Of a stretch of 32,000 nucleotides of DNA, positions 21,492 through 30,209 are shown piece by piece (positions within the stretch are counted from its first letter, which is position 1; every line of letters begins with the position of its first letter). The stretch lies in assembly GCF_008000775.2 (NCBI RefSeq), contig NZ_CP042905.2, positions 4,080,001 to 4,112,000 on the forward strand, in the 5' to 3' direction. The translations under genes were made by a program, and so were the position numbers. Under the pieces are notes generated by a model, which worked only from the letters and a program-made list of their open reading frames with translations, was not told where the DNA came from and did no database searches. Source of the DNA: Promethearchaeum syntrophicum (GTDB lineage: Archaea; Asgardarchaeota; Lokiarchaeia; Sigyniarchaeales; Promethearchaeaceae).

Positions 21492-22358
21492 TTATGTCAT
21501 TTCATGTTTAAGTTGCTTGAAATAATCTCCATTCCTAGACATGTAATGATTATAGGAAAAATTAATTAACTTTAATCCTTCTTTTAATCCATTTGATAAA
21601 ATAGGTGCACTATATTTCAACTCATTTTTATAATTTTGAATAAATCGCCCATCAGGTGAGATAATACAATATGATTGATTTAAAATGTTCTCATTTTCAA
21701 ATATTGGATTCAATCCTTTATGATATTGTAAGAAAAAATCAATTTGGGTTTCAGATGGAACTTGAGATTGCTTGAAAAATTGATTATTAATTGATGGAAT
21801 TTGATGAACTATCAAAATTTTCCATCTCACAGGTTTTAATAGTGTTATGAGTGAATAAAAATCATCATTCCAGTTGATAGAAGTTAAAACGGTATTAATT
21901 TTTAAAGGAATATTAAAAGATTTAATTAATTTATTGGCTTTTTCTATTGTTTCTAAATGGGAATATCTTCCATTTTTACTATGATTTAAGGTTCTACCTA
22001 AAATTAATTCCTTTTTTTCACATGGGGAATCTAAACTTAGCCCTATTAAATCCATATCTTTATGACAATCATTGAGAAATTTCTTTTTTATACCAGTTCC
22101 GTTTGAAATGATTGAAGTGAAAATTCCATAGTTTTTGGTATGTTGGATTAAATTGCTCAAATATGGAATTAATGTAGGTTCACCACCAGCAAAATTTAGT
22201 TTCATACATCCTCCTTCAGCAAGCATATCAATGATTTTCATCCATTGAGACTCATTTAATTCACTTCCGAGTGATCTATTCCGAGCAAAACAAAATTTAC
22301 ATCGATAATTACATCGATTGGTGATGTGCAAATTAACGGATTCAATTTTATTTTCCAT
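21492..22358 (-). CDS. Radical SAM protein, prokaryotic/archaeal viperin (pVip) homolog
   Basis: NLHITNRCNYRCKFCFA (CxxxCxxC), LNFAGGEPTL, ISNGT, DLIGLSLDS, LKINTVL, LKPVRWKIL, YCIISPDGRFI. These match the viperin motif set (NYHFTRQCNYKCGFCF, INFSGGEP, ILAISCDS, FKINSVI, LNPVRWKVFQ, YLILDEYMRFL). Confidence 0.88.
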   Translation of the reverse strand: MENKIESVNLHITNRCNYRCKFCFARNRSLGSELNESQWMKIIDMLAEGGCMKLNFAGGEPTLIPYLSNLIQHTKNYGIFTSIISNGTGIKKKFLNDCHKDMDLIGLSLDSPCEKKELILGRTLNHSKNGRYSHLETIEKANKLIKSFNIPLKINTVLTSINWNDDFYSLITLLKPVRWKILIVHQIPSINNQFFKQSQVPSETQIDFFLQYHKGLNPIFENENILNQSYCIISPDGRFIQNYKNELKYSAPILSNGLKEGLKLINFSYNHYMSRNGDYFKQLKHEMT

Positions 22359-22360
22359 AT

Positions 22361-22834
22361 CTAAACCTTTCCAGTTATTAAATCATTATATTGCGATTGA
22401 AAATCTTGCAAGTATTGTGCATTTTCTTGAAATTGAAAATCTTCTTCTATATTTTGTGTAAAAAATAGATTATGATCAATGATCATAAATCCAATGCGAT
22501 GGTTTTTTAACCAATTTTTTGATATAAATGAATATTCCCTGAATAAATCATTAGAAATTATCAAACATTGAAGCTCAGTGGCACATTTCAAAATAAAAAC
22601 ATCCGCAGCTACACCTGCTGGAGCTTCAAAAATTAATTTGGAAACTAAATATTCGGTTTTATATCTTTTTCGATCGTCTATTTGATGATATAACGAATTA
22701 TCGGCGATTCCGATAATTTCATAATCTTTTGGAATTGAATTGAATAAAATATCAATGTATCCAATTTTAGGCTTCCCATTTCTTTTGTTGAAACAGGCAA
22801 TATTAGAGATATCACATACAATAATTTTTTTCAT
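22361..22834 (-). CDS. PIN-like RNase domain protein of the Zc3h12a (Regnase/NYN) type, coupled to the viperin gene
   Basis: VCDISNIACFN (D..N), IGIADNSLYHQIDDRKRYK, EAPAGVAADVFILKCA, LIISNDLFREYS (compare Zc3h12a IVSNDTYRDL). The stop codon is 2 nt before the viperin start. Confidence 0.7.
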   Translation of the reverse strand: MKKIIVCDISNIACFNKRNGKPKIGYIDILFNSIPKDYEIIGIADNSLYHQIDDRKRYKTEYLVSKLIFEAPAGVAADVFILKCATELQCLIISNDLFREYSFISKNWLKNHRIGFMIIDHNLFFTQNIEEDFQFQENAQYLQDFQSQYNDLITGKV

Positions 22835-22941
22835 TTTTTTTTAACACCTTTGAATTTAGTTCAAATAGATCTTTTCTTGGGGATATACATATCACGAGAT
22901 TTTTAAATGAGATATAGAAAAAAGAGAACTCTTTTCAGAGT

Positions 22942-23085
22942 TTATTTCTTATTTGATTGATTTTTGGATGCTGCACTCATCGATCGACTTTTAAACCCTT
23001 GATCTCCTTTTGAGCCTTTTCGATCTTGACTTGATTGGATTCGGCGTGCAGCATTATTATTCATCTTGTTAGATTTTTTTCCCAT
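22942..23085 (-). CDS. Small basic protein (47 aa), not in the supplied ORF track
   Basis: Translates to MGKKSNKMNNNAARRIQSSQDRKGSKGDQGFKSRSMSAASKNQSNKK, with a GGTGG ribosome-binding-like element just upstream. Composition resembles small seed-maturation-like (AARIQSA...) proteins. Confidence 0.55.
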   Translation of the reverse strand: MGKKSNKMNNNAARRIQSSQDRKGSKGDQGFKSRSMSAASKNQSNKK

Positions 23086-23263
23086 GATTTCACCACCTGT
23101 GTATTCATTATGGAGAATAAAGAAATAATAATATTAAAGAGAACTCTACGATAGTATAATACATTCTTTTACTAATTCTGATAAACATGTATTGAGTAAA
23201 AAAACAAAGAATTATAAAAAAAATAGGCTGACCTTTTCAAAACACAAATTGCTTGCTATTCCC

Positions 23264-24022
23264 TTATGTTCTGATTAAATAATTTGCGAGAATAGTACCC
23301 ATTCGCGTTAAGCGCAATTCAAAAGCTCGATTATCTTCAACATTATGGGATCGAATTAGCAATTTATGCTTTTCAAGTTTTTTTACATGATAACTTAGAT
23401 TTTGCCCTTTCATTTTCGTGGTTTTACTATCTCGCCAATATTTTCTCCATTTTGGCTCATTTATTTCAACGGCTAATTCACTTTGATTCAAAATTTCAGG
23501 TTTTTTTTTATTTTTCATATTACTATTTAGAACAAATAAAATAACTTTCTGAACGTTTGTAATATCCGATATTGGCACAGATGGCATTTCAATATCAATG
23601 AATGTATTCCTTTCATTAAGATTATGGTTAAATTTATCGGGTGCTTTAATATATTGAATACGTGCGCCAATAAGGTTGGCTCCCATAAATGCACCAAGGG
23701 ACATAACTTTCGTTCCCCCTGTAACATTTACAATAAAATCAACCTTTAGATCTTTATGAAGACTATGAATTTCCAGAACAGAGTTAAGAACACTCTCATA
23801 ATCAAAAGGATCTATTATTAAATAATTTACGGTATCTTTAGGAAAAAAAAAATGAGATTCAATCTCTGACTTTATAGTAGATTCATATTTCTCCGTTAAA
23901 AAATAGAATTTATAAATGCGATCTAAACGAATTCCACGAAGTGCAGCAATAATAGGATCGAGATTTGCTCTTTTTTCCTTTTTATTGATACCAAGAGTTG
24001 AAATATAAACTATTTTTTCCAT
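23264..24022 (-). CDS. CARF-like sensor domain with C-terminal winged HTH (Csa3-like architecture)
   Basis: VYISTLG beta-strand start, DFIVNVTGGTKVMSLGAFMGANLIGARIQYI (CARF/DUF6293-like TGGTK motif), then NLSYHVKKLEKHKLLIRSHNVEDNRAFELRLTRMG wHTH. Confidence 0.72.
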   Translation of the reverse strand: MEKIVYISTLGINKKEKRANLDPIIAALRGIRLDRIYKFYFLTEKYESTIKSEIESHFFFPKDTVNYLIIDPFDYESVLNSVLEIHSLHKDLKVDFIVNVTGGTKVMSLGAFMGANLIGARIQYIKAPDKFNHNLNERNTFIDIEMPSVPISDITNVQKVILFVLNSNMKNKKKPEILNQSELAVEINEPKWRKYWRDSKTTKMKGQNLSYHVKKLEKHKLLIRSHNVEDNRAFELRLTRMGTILANYLIRT

Positions 24023-24095
24023 AAATTAATCAAGTTATTTCTTTTACAATCAAATAAAAACTTTAAGTATTTATTAATTATAATTATGAAATAGA

Positions 24096-24725
24096 GTGAA
24101 TCATGATCAAGAAAACAGGATTTTCTTTGAAAGTTCGATTTCAATGGGGGTATTTTTAACGTCTGTGCAAATTTTAGTCGTAGGGAGATCTCACGCTCAT
24201 ATCTTGAAAGTATTGAAACTAAAACACCCAGATAAAGTCATTTTGATTGTATCAAAAAAATTGAAAGATCAAAATGAAGAATTATACCTAAACTTGAAAA
24301 AAAAACAAAACAATTTGGAAATTATTCATGTGAACCCATTTCACCGTGATTTTTTACCTCAAATGATAACTCATTATATTCATATTTACCAAAAACTAAA
24401 GGTAGTTAATCCTAGTGCAGAGGTCCAAATTGGTTTAACAGGAGGGACGAACCTCATGGCTATCGCAGCAGGGATCTCTGCTATGTTATTAGGTATTGAA
24501 GCACATTATTTTGTTAAAGGGAAAGTAAAGCCATTGATATGGAATTTGAAAAATGATTTAGCAGATTTTATACTATCTAATTCTTCAAATTTTTATTTCC
24601 TTCAAACAGAAGATAATACAAGAGATAAAAATAAAATGTCAAAACTTAATTCTGAATATTCCTCTGAAGGAAAGGAGAAATCATTATTGAATTTTCAAGA
24701 AGAAAAAAGAGGGAGGACAATTTAA
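24096..24725 (+). CDS. Stand-alone CARF-like sensor protein (209 aa or shorter)
   Basis: VQILVVGRSHAHILKVLKLKHPDKVILIVSKK...AEVQIGLTGGTNLMAIAAGISAMLLGIEAHYFV. The GTG start at 24096 is uncertain and an ATG at 24144 is an alternative. The stop overlaps the downstream helicase start. Confidence 0.6.
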   Translation: MNHDQENRIFFESSISMGVFLTSVQILVVGRSHAHILKVLKLKHPDKVILIVSKKLKDQNEELYLNLKKKQNNLEIIHVNPFHRDFLPQMITHYIHIYQKLKVVNPSAEVQIGLTGGTNLMAIAAGISAMLLGIEAHYFVKGKVKPLIWNLKNDLADFILSNSSNFYFLQTEDNTRDKNKMSKLNSEYSSEGKEKSLLNFQEEKRGRTI

Positions 24726-27385
24726 TGTCAAGCCATTTATTTTATGAAAATTTGCCTGAAATAGATAATATGAGCCAATTTCGGAGAGATGTTTATTACA
24801 AATTATTGGATTTCATAAATTATTTAAATACTGCAAAATATGCTCGAAAAAAACATTCAGTAAAAATTAACTATCATGTGATGACTCCCCAAGAAGTTCA
24901 ACAAATGTTTCAAGATCTAAATTATCGCTATTATGAGATCTATGGTTATGAGATGAATTTTGGAGAAGAAAGTTTAAATGAAAACTTAAGTCATAATTAT
25001 CCTAAAAATGACCAATCAGAGGGTGTTTATGTTAAAATTTTTGATGAAACAAATCGCGCTGATGAAAATCTCTTTGAAGATTTTCTCAAATCGCAATCCG
25101 TAGTAGATCATGAAACGGACCATTATATAGAAGAAGAACAGATAAATGTAATTAATAAGTATCCTCTCTTCAACGTGATTCAATTAGAACGAGAACCAAA
25201 TGCAGACTCACCCTATCTATATATCACACCAAACATCTACATCTTAAATACTCAACTTTACTCTATATATAACCTGCAAGCAAAACCTCGAAGAGCACAT
25301 CGCCCAATACTTAGACTTTTTGAACAAAAAGAGAATTCTTCATGGCCATCTGTATCAGATATAAATCCTATTCAGAGATGGTATTTCCTGGATAATAATG
25401 AATTCCCAGGAAACTCGGTTCAACAAGATTTTGTAAGAAAGGCACTTAATTCTCCCGATTTTGCCATATTGGAAGGTCCCCCTGGTTCTGGAAAAACAAA
25501 AACAATTTGTGAACTCGTAATTCAAGCAATAGAAGCGGGACAGAGAGTTTTATTATGTGCATCAACTCACGTAGCTGTAGATAATGTTCTTGAAAAATTA
25601 ATGGATCGAGATGAAGTGATTGCTGTTAGGATTGGAAAAAAATCAAATAAAAGAATTTCTCCATCAGTGAAAAAATACCTTTTAAGCGAAAGAACCCGAA
25701 CTGAAAAGGAGCGTTTAATTGAAAAATTAACAGAATTAGATAATCAACGGAACTCTGGTCAAGATTATTATTTACACATTCTAAAATCGGATGAGGGAGA
25801 ATCGGAGATTCAACGAATGATCTTAGACAATGCCAACCTTGTATGTGGCACTATGTTAGGGATCTTAAAACATCCAGATATCGAGGAAGAGCGAAATTCA
25901 CCACAAGCGGTATTTGATATGCTCATTATAGATGAAGCGAGTAAAACAACATTCCAAGAATTTATTGTACCTGCCTTATTTTGTAAAAAATGGATTCTCG
26001 TTGGAGATCCAAAACAACTCTCTCCATTTGTTGACGATATGGAGGTCCGCAAATCTATTGATGGTTTTCTCCCAGAAATACATCAAATAATTTGTAAGGA
26101 TTGTTTTTGCTGTTGGAAGCATGAAGATTTTAATTTAATTGTAGCAGAGGTTGATGAGCATATAAGAGATCTCTATAAGCGGCAATTAGATACCTTGGAA
26201 TTAGAATATATTGATCTTGATTCTTTAGGTGCTTTGGAAGAATTATCAAATTGGATAATATTAGGTGCTCAAATTATCATTGGGAGTCCAGAACAAGTTC
26301 AATCCATTGCTAATATCTTACCCAATGATGCCTTTTTACGGGGAACAGGGTTCTCATCTCAAATGGATGCTTCATATGAGTATTGGAAGAAGAATAAACA
26401 GAACCAATTTACCGCAGATCGAACTAAAGGAAATTTTGGTAAATTACTCGCTTGGCGCTTAATCTTGGAATATGGCCTAAGATATGCAGAGAATGATTTA
26501 ATGCGTCAGGAACTGCGAGATGATATGAAAGTTTTAAAACCACTATGGTATGAAGATGAATCATTGTTAGAAAAATTTGATAAAAATCTAAGCAATATGA
26601 AAAAAGTAGCATTTCCTTCAGTTCTTGAGTTATTAAAAGAAGGATTTTACGAAAATAGAAATGATAGAGACTCTTGGCATACTGTTATTAAAAATGGATT
26701 TGATGAATCCGACCTTATACCCCGCTATGAAAAACTCCGCTATAATCACAGAATGCATTCTCAGATATCAGAATTTCCCAGAGTTAAAATATATGAAAAC
26801 GATGCTTTGATAGATAACCCTAATATTGACCGTATTAGGAAATGGACATATCCTCATTATTCACGCCGTTCTTTATGGATTAGTGTTCTTGAGCGTAACG
26901 ATAATAGAACCAATATCAATTTTCCTGAAACTCAAGTTATTTTAGAAGAATTAGAATTATTTCTTGAATGGTCCCAATTTAATCCAAATCTTGACCATCC
27001 TCAAAGATTCTGGGAAGTTGCGGTACTCACTTTTTATAGTAATCAAGAAGATCTGTTAACTAACTTGATCACCAGAAAATACGGAATTCGTAGAGGGATA
27101 AATGAATTTATTCTCCGTCCATATAATGTCAAAATTACTATATGCACCGGAGATAGGTTTCAAGGCCATGAAGCGGATGTAGTGTTTATATCTTTCGTAA
27201 AAACGACCAGCATTGGATTCCTAAATTCAATAAATAGGTTAAATGTTGGAATCACACGGCCGCGTTATCAATTAGTAATGATTGGTAATAAAAAGTTTTT
27301 TTTAGATCAAAGAATTTCCCCAATCCTCCACAATTTGGCTCAAATTGAAGGTAATATATCTTTAGAAACAAGACAAAGAAAATAA
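24725..27385 (+). CDS. SF1 DNA2/NAM7/Upf1-like (COG1112-type) helicase, Mokosh-like
   Basis: EGPPGSGKTKTICELVIQA, CASTHVAVDNVLEKL, MLIIDEASKTTFQEFIVPAL, ILVGDPKQLSPF, TGDRFQGHEADVVFISFVK, RLNVGITRPRYQLVMIGN. Confidence 0.88.
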   Translation: MSSHLFYENLPEIDNMSQFRRDVYYKLLDFINYLNTAKYARKKHSVKINYHVMTPQEVQQMFQDLNYRYYEIYGYEMNFGEESLNENLSHNYPKNDQSEGVYVKIFDETNRADENLFEDFLKSQSVVDHETDHYIEEEQINVINKYPLFNVIQLEREPNADSPYLYITPNIYILNTQLYSIYNLQAKPRRAHRPILRLFEQKENSSWPSVSDINPIQRWYFLDNNEFPGNSVQQDFVRKALNSPDFAILEGPPGSGKTKTICELVIQAIEAGQRVLLCASTHVAVDNVLEKLMDRDEVIAVRIGKKSNKRISPSVKKYLLSERTRTEKERLIEKLTELDNQRNSGQDYYLHILKSDEGESEIQRMILDNANLVCGTMLGILKHPDIEEERNSPQAVFDMLIIDEASKTTFQEFIVPALFCKKWILVGDPKQLSPFVDDMEVRKSIDGFLPEIHQIICKDCFCCWKHEDFNLIVAEVDEHIRDLYKRQLDTLELEYIDLDSLGALEELSNWIILGAQIIIGSPEQVQSIANILPNDAFLRGTGFSSQMDASYEYWKKNKQNQFTADRTKGNFGKLLAWRLILEYGLRYAENDLMRQELRDDMKVLKPLWYEDESLLEKFDKNLSNMKKVAFPSVLELLKEGFYENRNDRDSWHTVIKNGFDESDLIPRYEKLRYNHRMHSQISEFPRVKIYENDALIDNPNIDRIRKWTYPHYSRRSLWISVLERNDNRTNINFPETQVILEELELFLEWSQFNPNLDHPQRFWEVAVLTFYSNQEDLLTNLITRKYGIRRGINEFILRPYNVKITICTGDRFQGHEADVVFISFVKTTSIGFLNSINRLNVGITRPRYQLVMIGNKKFFLDQRISPILHNLAQIEGNISLETRQRK

Positions 27386-27402
27386 AAGATGGAATAAAAA
27401 AA

Positions 27403-28563
27403 ATGGAAATTGAACTAAGTAGAAGAATTGAAGTCCAAAAATATAAAGTTATTTTGGATATTGGTATTAAACAACCTCGAACAGATATTATAGCAGTACT
27501 TAAAATTGCTTCTCACTACGGAAATCAAATTAACGAAAATATTATTTGTAACGAATTTATTTTTCGGAATAGCACCACTATTGCTCAGCGAATTCTCAAA
27601 CGGTGCCAAGATTTTGGTGTCTTAGATGAGAATAACCGATTAACTGAAGATGGATTAAATGCTCTTTCCGATGAAAGAATTTATCATCCAAAAACAGGAG
27701 TTTATCATATCTGGATTACTCAAGATCCATTAATCCCTAAAAAATTGTTGAATTTGGAGTTAATTGATGAACAAATAAATTTCAGAAATGAATTTAACGC
27801 AGAAAATCCTCGTAGAGGGAGAACAGACCTTAACCAATCAAACCCAGAAAATTCATTAGAACCGTCAAACATCATAGATCTCCCAGAATGGATCTTAGAG
27901 ATTACTCGAGAATCAAATATTATTCTCTACGATGAAATTCAGCGGGAAGTTAGAATCGAATCGATTGAAGAAAAGGTGGAATCTTTATCAGAATATGAAG
28001 AATTACATGTAAAAGTTCGCATCAATGATTCTGGGTGTTCAATAACCCTAGATGGGCTATTCCACAATACTCGCACCATTTCCGAATTTCCTGTATTTAG
28101 AATTGTATGGAATGAATTGATGGGGGAGAATATTAGGAATTGGAATTGGGATAATTTTAAATTTGCAAAACATTTTGAAGGGTTGAATGAAACGGAAAAA
28201 AAGACATTTCTAACACAAATTCATTTTGAAAACCCCTCAATTACGGGATATGGGGCGTTTGATCCAATATCAATGCAAAGGATAAAAGTTGAGCCATTTA
28301 ATCATGATGAAGCAGTAATATGGGCAAATTGGTTATTTAAACAAGATATTACTAAATATTTATTCATTAAAACATATAATGAACTAAAGAGAAGCATCCA
28401 AGCAAAGTTTCCAAAATTCACTATTGAATTTCCTACTAGAGAAGATTTTAGAACAGATCTTGAAGATCTTCAAGAACAAAAGGAAATCCCAGATGTTTTT
28501 TGGTATTCAAATGCACCCTTAGATTTGATTCCAATTAATACAAGCATAGAGGAGGAAAATTAA
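27403..28563 (+). CDS. Unknown protein with N-terminal winged-HTH-like region (386 aa)
   Basis: AQRILKRCQDFGVLDENNRLTEDGLNALSDE looks like a winged-helix recognition helix and wing, followed by GVYHIWITQDPLIPKKLLNLEL. Tightly packed between the helicase and PLD genes. Confidence 0.65.
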   Translation: MEIELSRRIEVQKYKVILDIGIKQPRTDIIAVLKIASHYGNQINENIICNEFIFRNSTTIAQRILKRCQDFGVLDENNRLTEDGLNALSDERIYHPKTGVYHIWITQDPLIPKKLLNLELIDEQINFRNEFNAENPRRGRTDLNQSNPENSLEPSNIIDLPEWILEITRESNIILYDEIQREVRIESIEEKVESLSEYEELHVKVRINDSGCSITLDGLFHNTRTISEFPVFRIVWNELMGENIRNWNWDNFKFAKHFEGLNETEKKTFLTQIHFENPSITGYGAFDPISMQRIKVEPFNHDEAVIWANWLFKQDITKYLFIKTYNELKRSIQAKFPKFTIEFPTREDFRTDLEDLQEQKEIPDVFWYSNAPLDLIPINTSIEEEN

Positions 28564-28564
28564 G

Positions 28565-30121
28565 ATGTCAAAAAAAAAATCAGTAAAAGAACAATACCCC
28601 ATTGTTGAAAAATCTAAAAATCTACAGAATTCTGGTATTTTGCCCAATATTTGGGAGTTTCCAAAGAAAGAGAATTTTTCAGAAAGCTATAAGGAGTTTT
28701 ATTCTCCTGATTTGTGGTTTATTGGAAAAAAACGGGAATTTGAACATGCAATTGCTAAAGCAATTAGAAAAGCGAATGAATTGGTAATTATTTGTTCATT
28801 TCTCCTACAGGAGACAGAAATAATTAAAGCAGCACTTTCAGTATGCTCAAAAGCCAAGATTTATATCATAACTGCATCGGAAAATCGATTAAATTCTGCT
28901 AATCGTTCTGATGAAGGATTAGAAGAGGAAAAAATAAAAGATCACTTAGAACTCCTTCAAAAACTAAAGAAAAGAGCATTAATTCGCACAGCATCAAATT
29001 TTCACGCAAAATTTGTATTAATTGATCCAAAACATAAAAATCAACGAAAGGGCTTTCTCTCGACTGCCAATTTAACACAACACGCATTGGCAAATAATGT
29101 CGAAATGGGAATAGGTTTAAATAGTGGACAAATAATAGATTTATTTAACCTCTTTTGCTCGGTTTTTTGGCATAAAAGTGAACATGAGCTGCTTACCCGT
29201 TCTCAATTACAGGTAACTCAATCCGTGCCCGTTCAAGAAATACCAGAACAAGTCATTTTGCAGCATATTATTTCCCCTGGCACAAATTTAGATTTTAAAT
29301 CTATGCTTAAGAAAACTATATCGGGTATCGAGGGAGATATATATCTCTCAGCCTATTCCATTGAAGAAAACAATGATATCTATACTCTTCTTCTTCAAGA
29401 ATTAGAACAAAATCCTAAAAGGAAGATCTCACTTTTCATCCGACCCCGAGAGAAGGTTATGCCTGTGCTTGCAAAGTTAAAAGATGCAGGGGCAGAAATT
29501 ATCGGGCACTCTTTACTTCATATGAAAGCTTTATTAATTGAAAATCCAGCAGAAAATTCTGGTCTTGTATTCACTGGAAATTTAACTGAACAGAGTTTTT
29601 CCGAGAGTTTTGATATTGGTCTCTTTTTAAATTCAAACCAGAAACAAATAATCATGTCTATATTGAAATCATGGAAATCCAAATATATGATGAATTACCT
29701 TGGCGATAAACCAATACATAATATGGCAGCAAGGAGATATCAAATTTGGAATCCAGACAAAATGAAAATTGATGTAAAAGAACAAGAAGTAGAAGATTTA
29801 GGTGATATTGATGGGGAAAATCTAGATAATTACAAAAATTTTGAGCCAGCTTTGAATTTTCCTCAAAAATATCAGGAGACTGTGAAAAATATCAAATTTA
29901 TTTGGAGAAATAATCCCCCTCATTTACCTTCTAAAGCACAAGCCTTGGAAATTTTACCTGAGAAGGAGTTTAAGCGATTGCCAGAAAAACTCCACAAAAC
30001 AATAGAACAAATAAAAATCTATAAGTTGGGAAATGAAATATATATAAGATTAGAAAATAATGAAGATCTGAATCTAATTAAAGAGATTTCGCATATTATT
30101 AATGCTAAAATTGTTATTTAA
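28565..30121 (+). CDS. Phospholipase D-like nuclease with two HxK motifs
   Basis: NFHAKFVLIDPKHKNQRKGFLSTANLTQHALANNVEMGI and LHMKALLIENPAENSGLVFTGNLTEQSFSESFDIGL. Confidence 0.88.
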   Translation: MSKKKSVKEQYPIVEKSKNLQNSGILPNIWEFPKKENFSESYKEFYSPDLWFIGKKREFEHAIAKAIRKANELVIICSFLLQETEIIKAALSVCSKAKIYIITASENRLNSANRSDEGLEEEKIKDHLELLQKLKKRALIRTASNFHAKFVLIDPKHKNQRKGFLSTANLTQHALANNVEMGIGLNSGQIIDLFNLFCSVFWHKSEHELLTRSQLQVTQSVPVQEIPEQVILQHIISPGTNLDFKSMLKKTISGIEGDIYLSAYSIEENNDIYTLLLQELEQNPKRKISLFIRPREKVMPVLAKLKDAGAEIIGHSLLHMKALLIENPAENSGLVFTGNLTEQSFSESFDIGLFLNSNQKQIIMSILKSWKSKYMMNYLGDKPIHNMAARRYQIWNPDKMKIDVKEQEVEDLGDIDGENLDNYKNFEPALNFPQKYQETVKNIKFIWRNNPPHLPSKAQALEILPEKEFKRLPEKLHKTIEQIKIYKLGNEIYIRLENNEDLNLIKEISHIINAKIVI

Positions 30122-30209
30122 TATATAATAATCTAAACTTCCATGAAAAATGACTGGTCAAATTCAACATCAATTCCTTTATTACGATAATTATCTTTAA
30201 TTTATTTAA

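Noticed and set aside
21492-22358. Ordinary MoaA-like radical SAM enzyme
   Set aside because: The viperin-specific downstream motifs (LKINTVL, PVRWKIL, YCIISPDGRF) fit viperin much better. There is no C-terminal second Fe-S cluster motif as in MoaA.
23264-24725. Type III CRISPR accessory locus (Csx1/Csm6-like with Cas10)
   Set aside because: CARF-like domains are present, but no Cas10 GGDD, Cas RAMP proteins, or repeats are visible in the window.
25810-26612. Short ORFs inside the COG1112 helicase (25810..26052, 26265..26462, 26424..26612)
   Set aside because: Out-of-frame shadows of a well-supported helicase coding sequence.
28602-29093. Short ORFs 28602..28787 and 28899..29093
   Set aside because: Alternative-frame ORFs inside the PLD gene with no independent support.
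24725-30121. Canonical type I or II Mokosh call
   Set aside because: The helicase has no recognisable kinase domain and no fused PLD, and an extra gene lies between helicase and PLD, so only a Mokosh-like relation is claimed.
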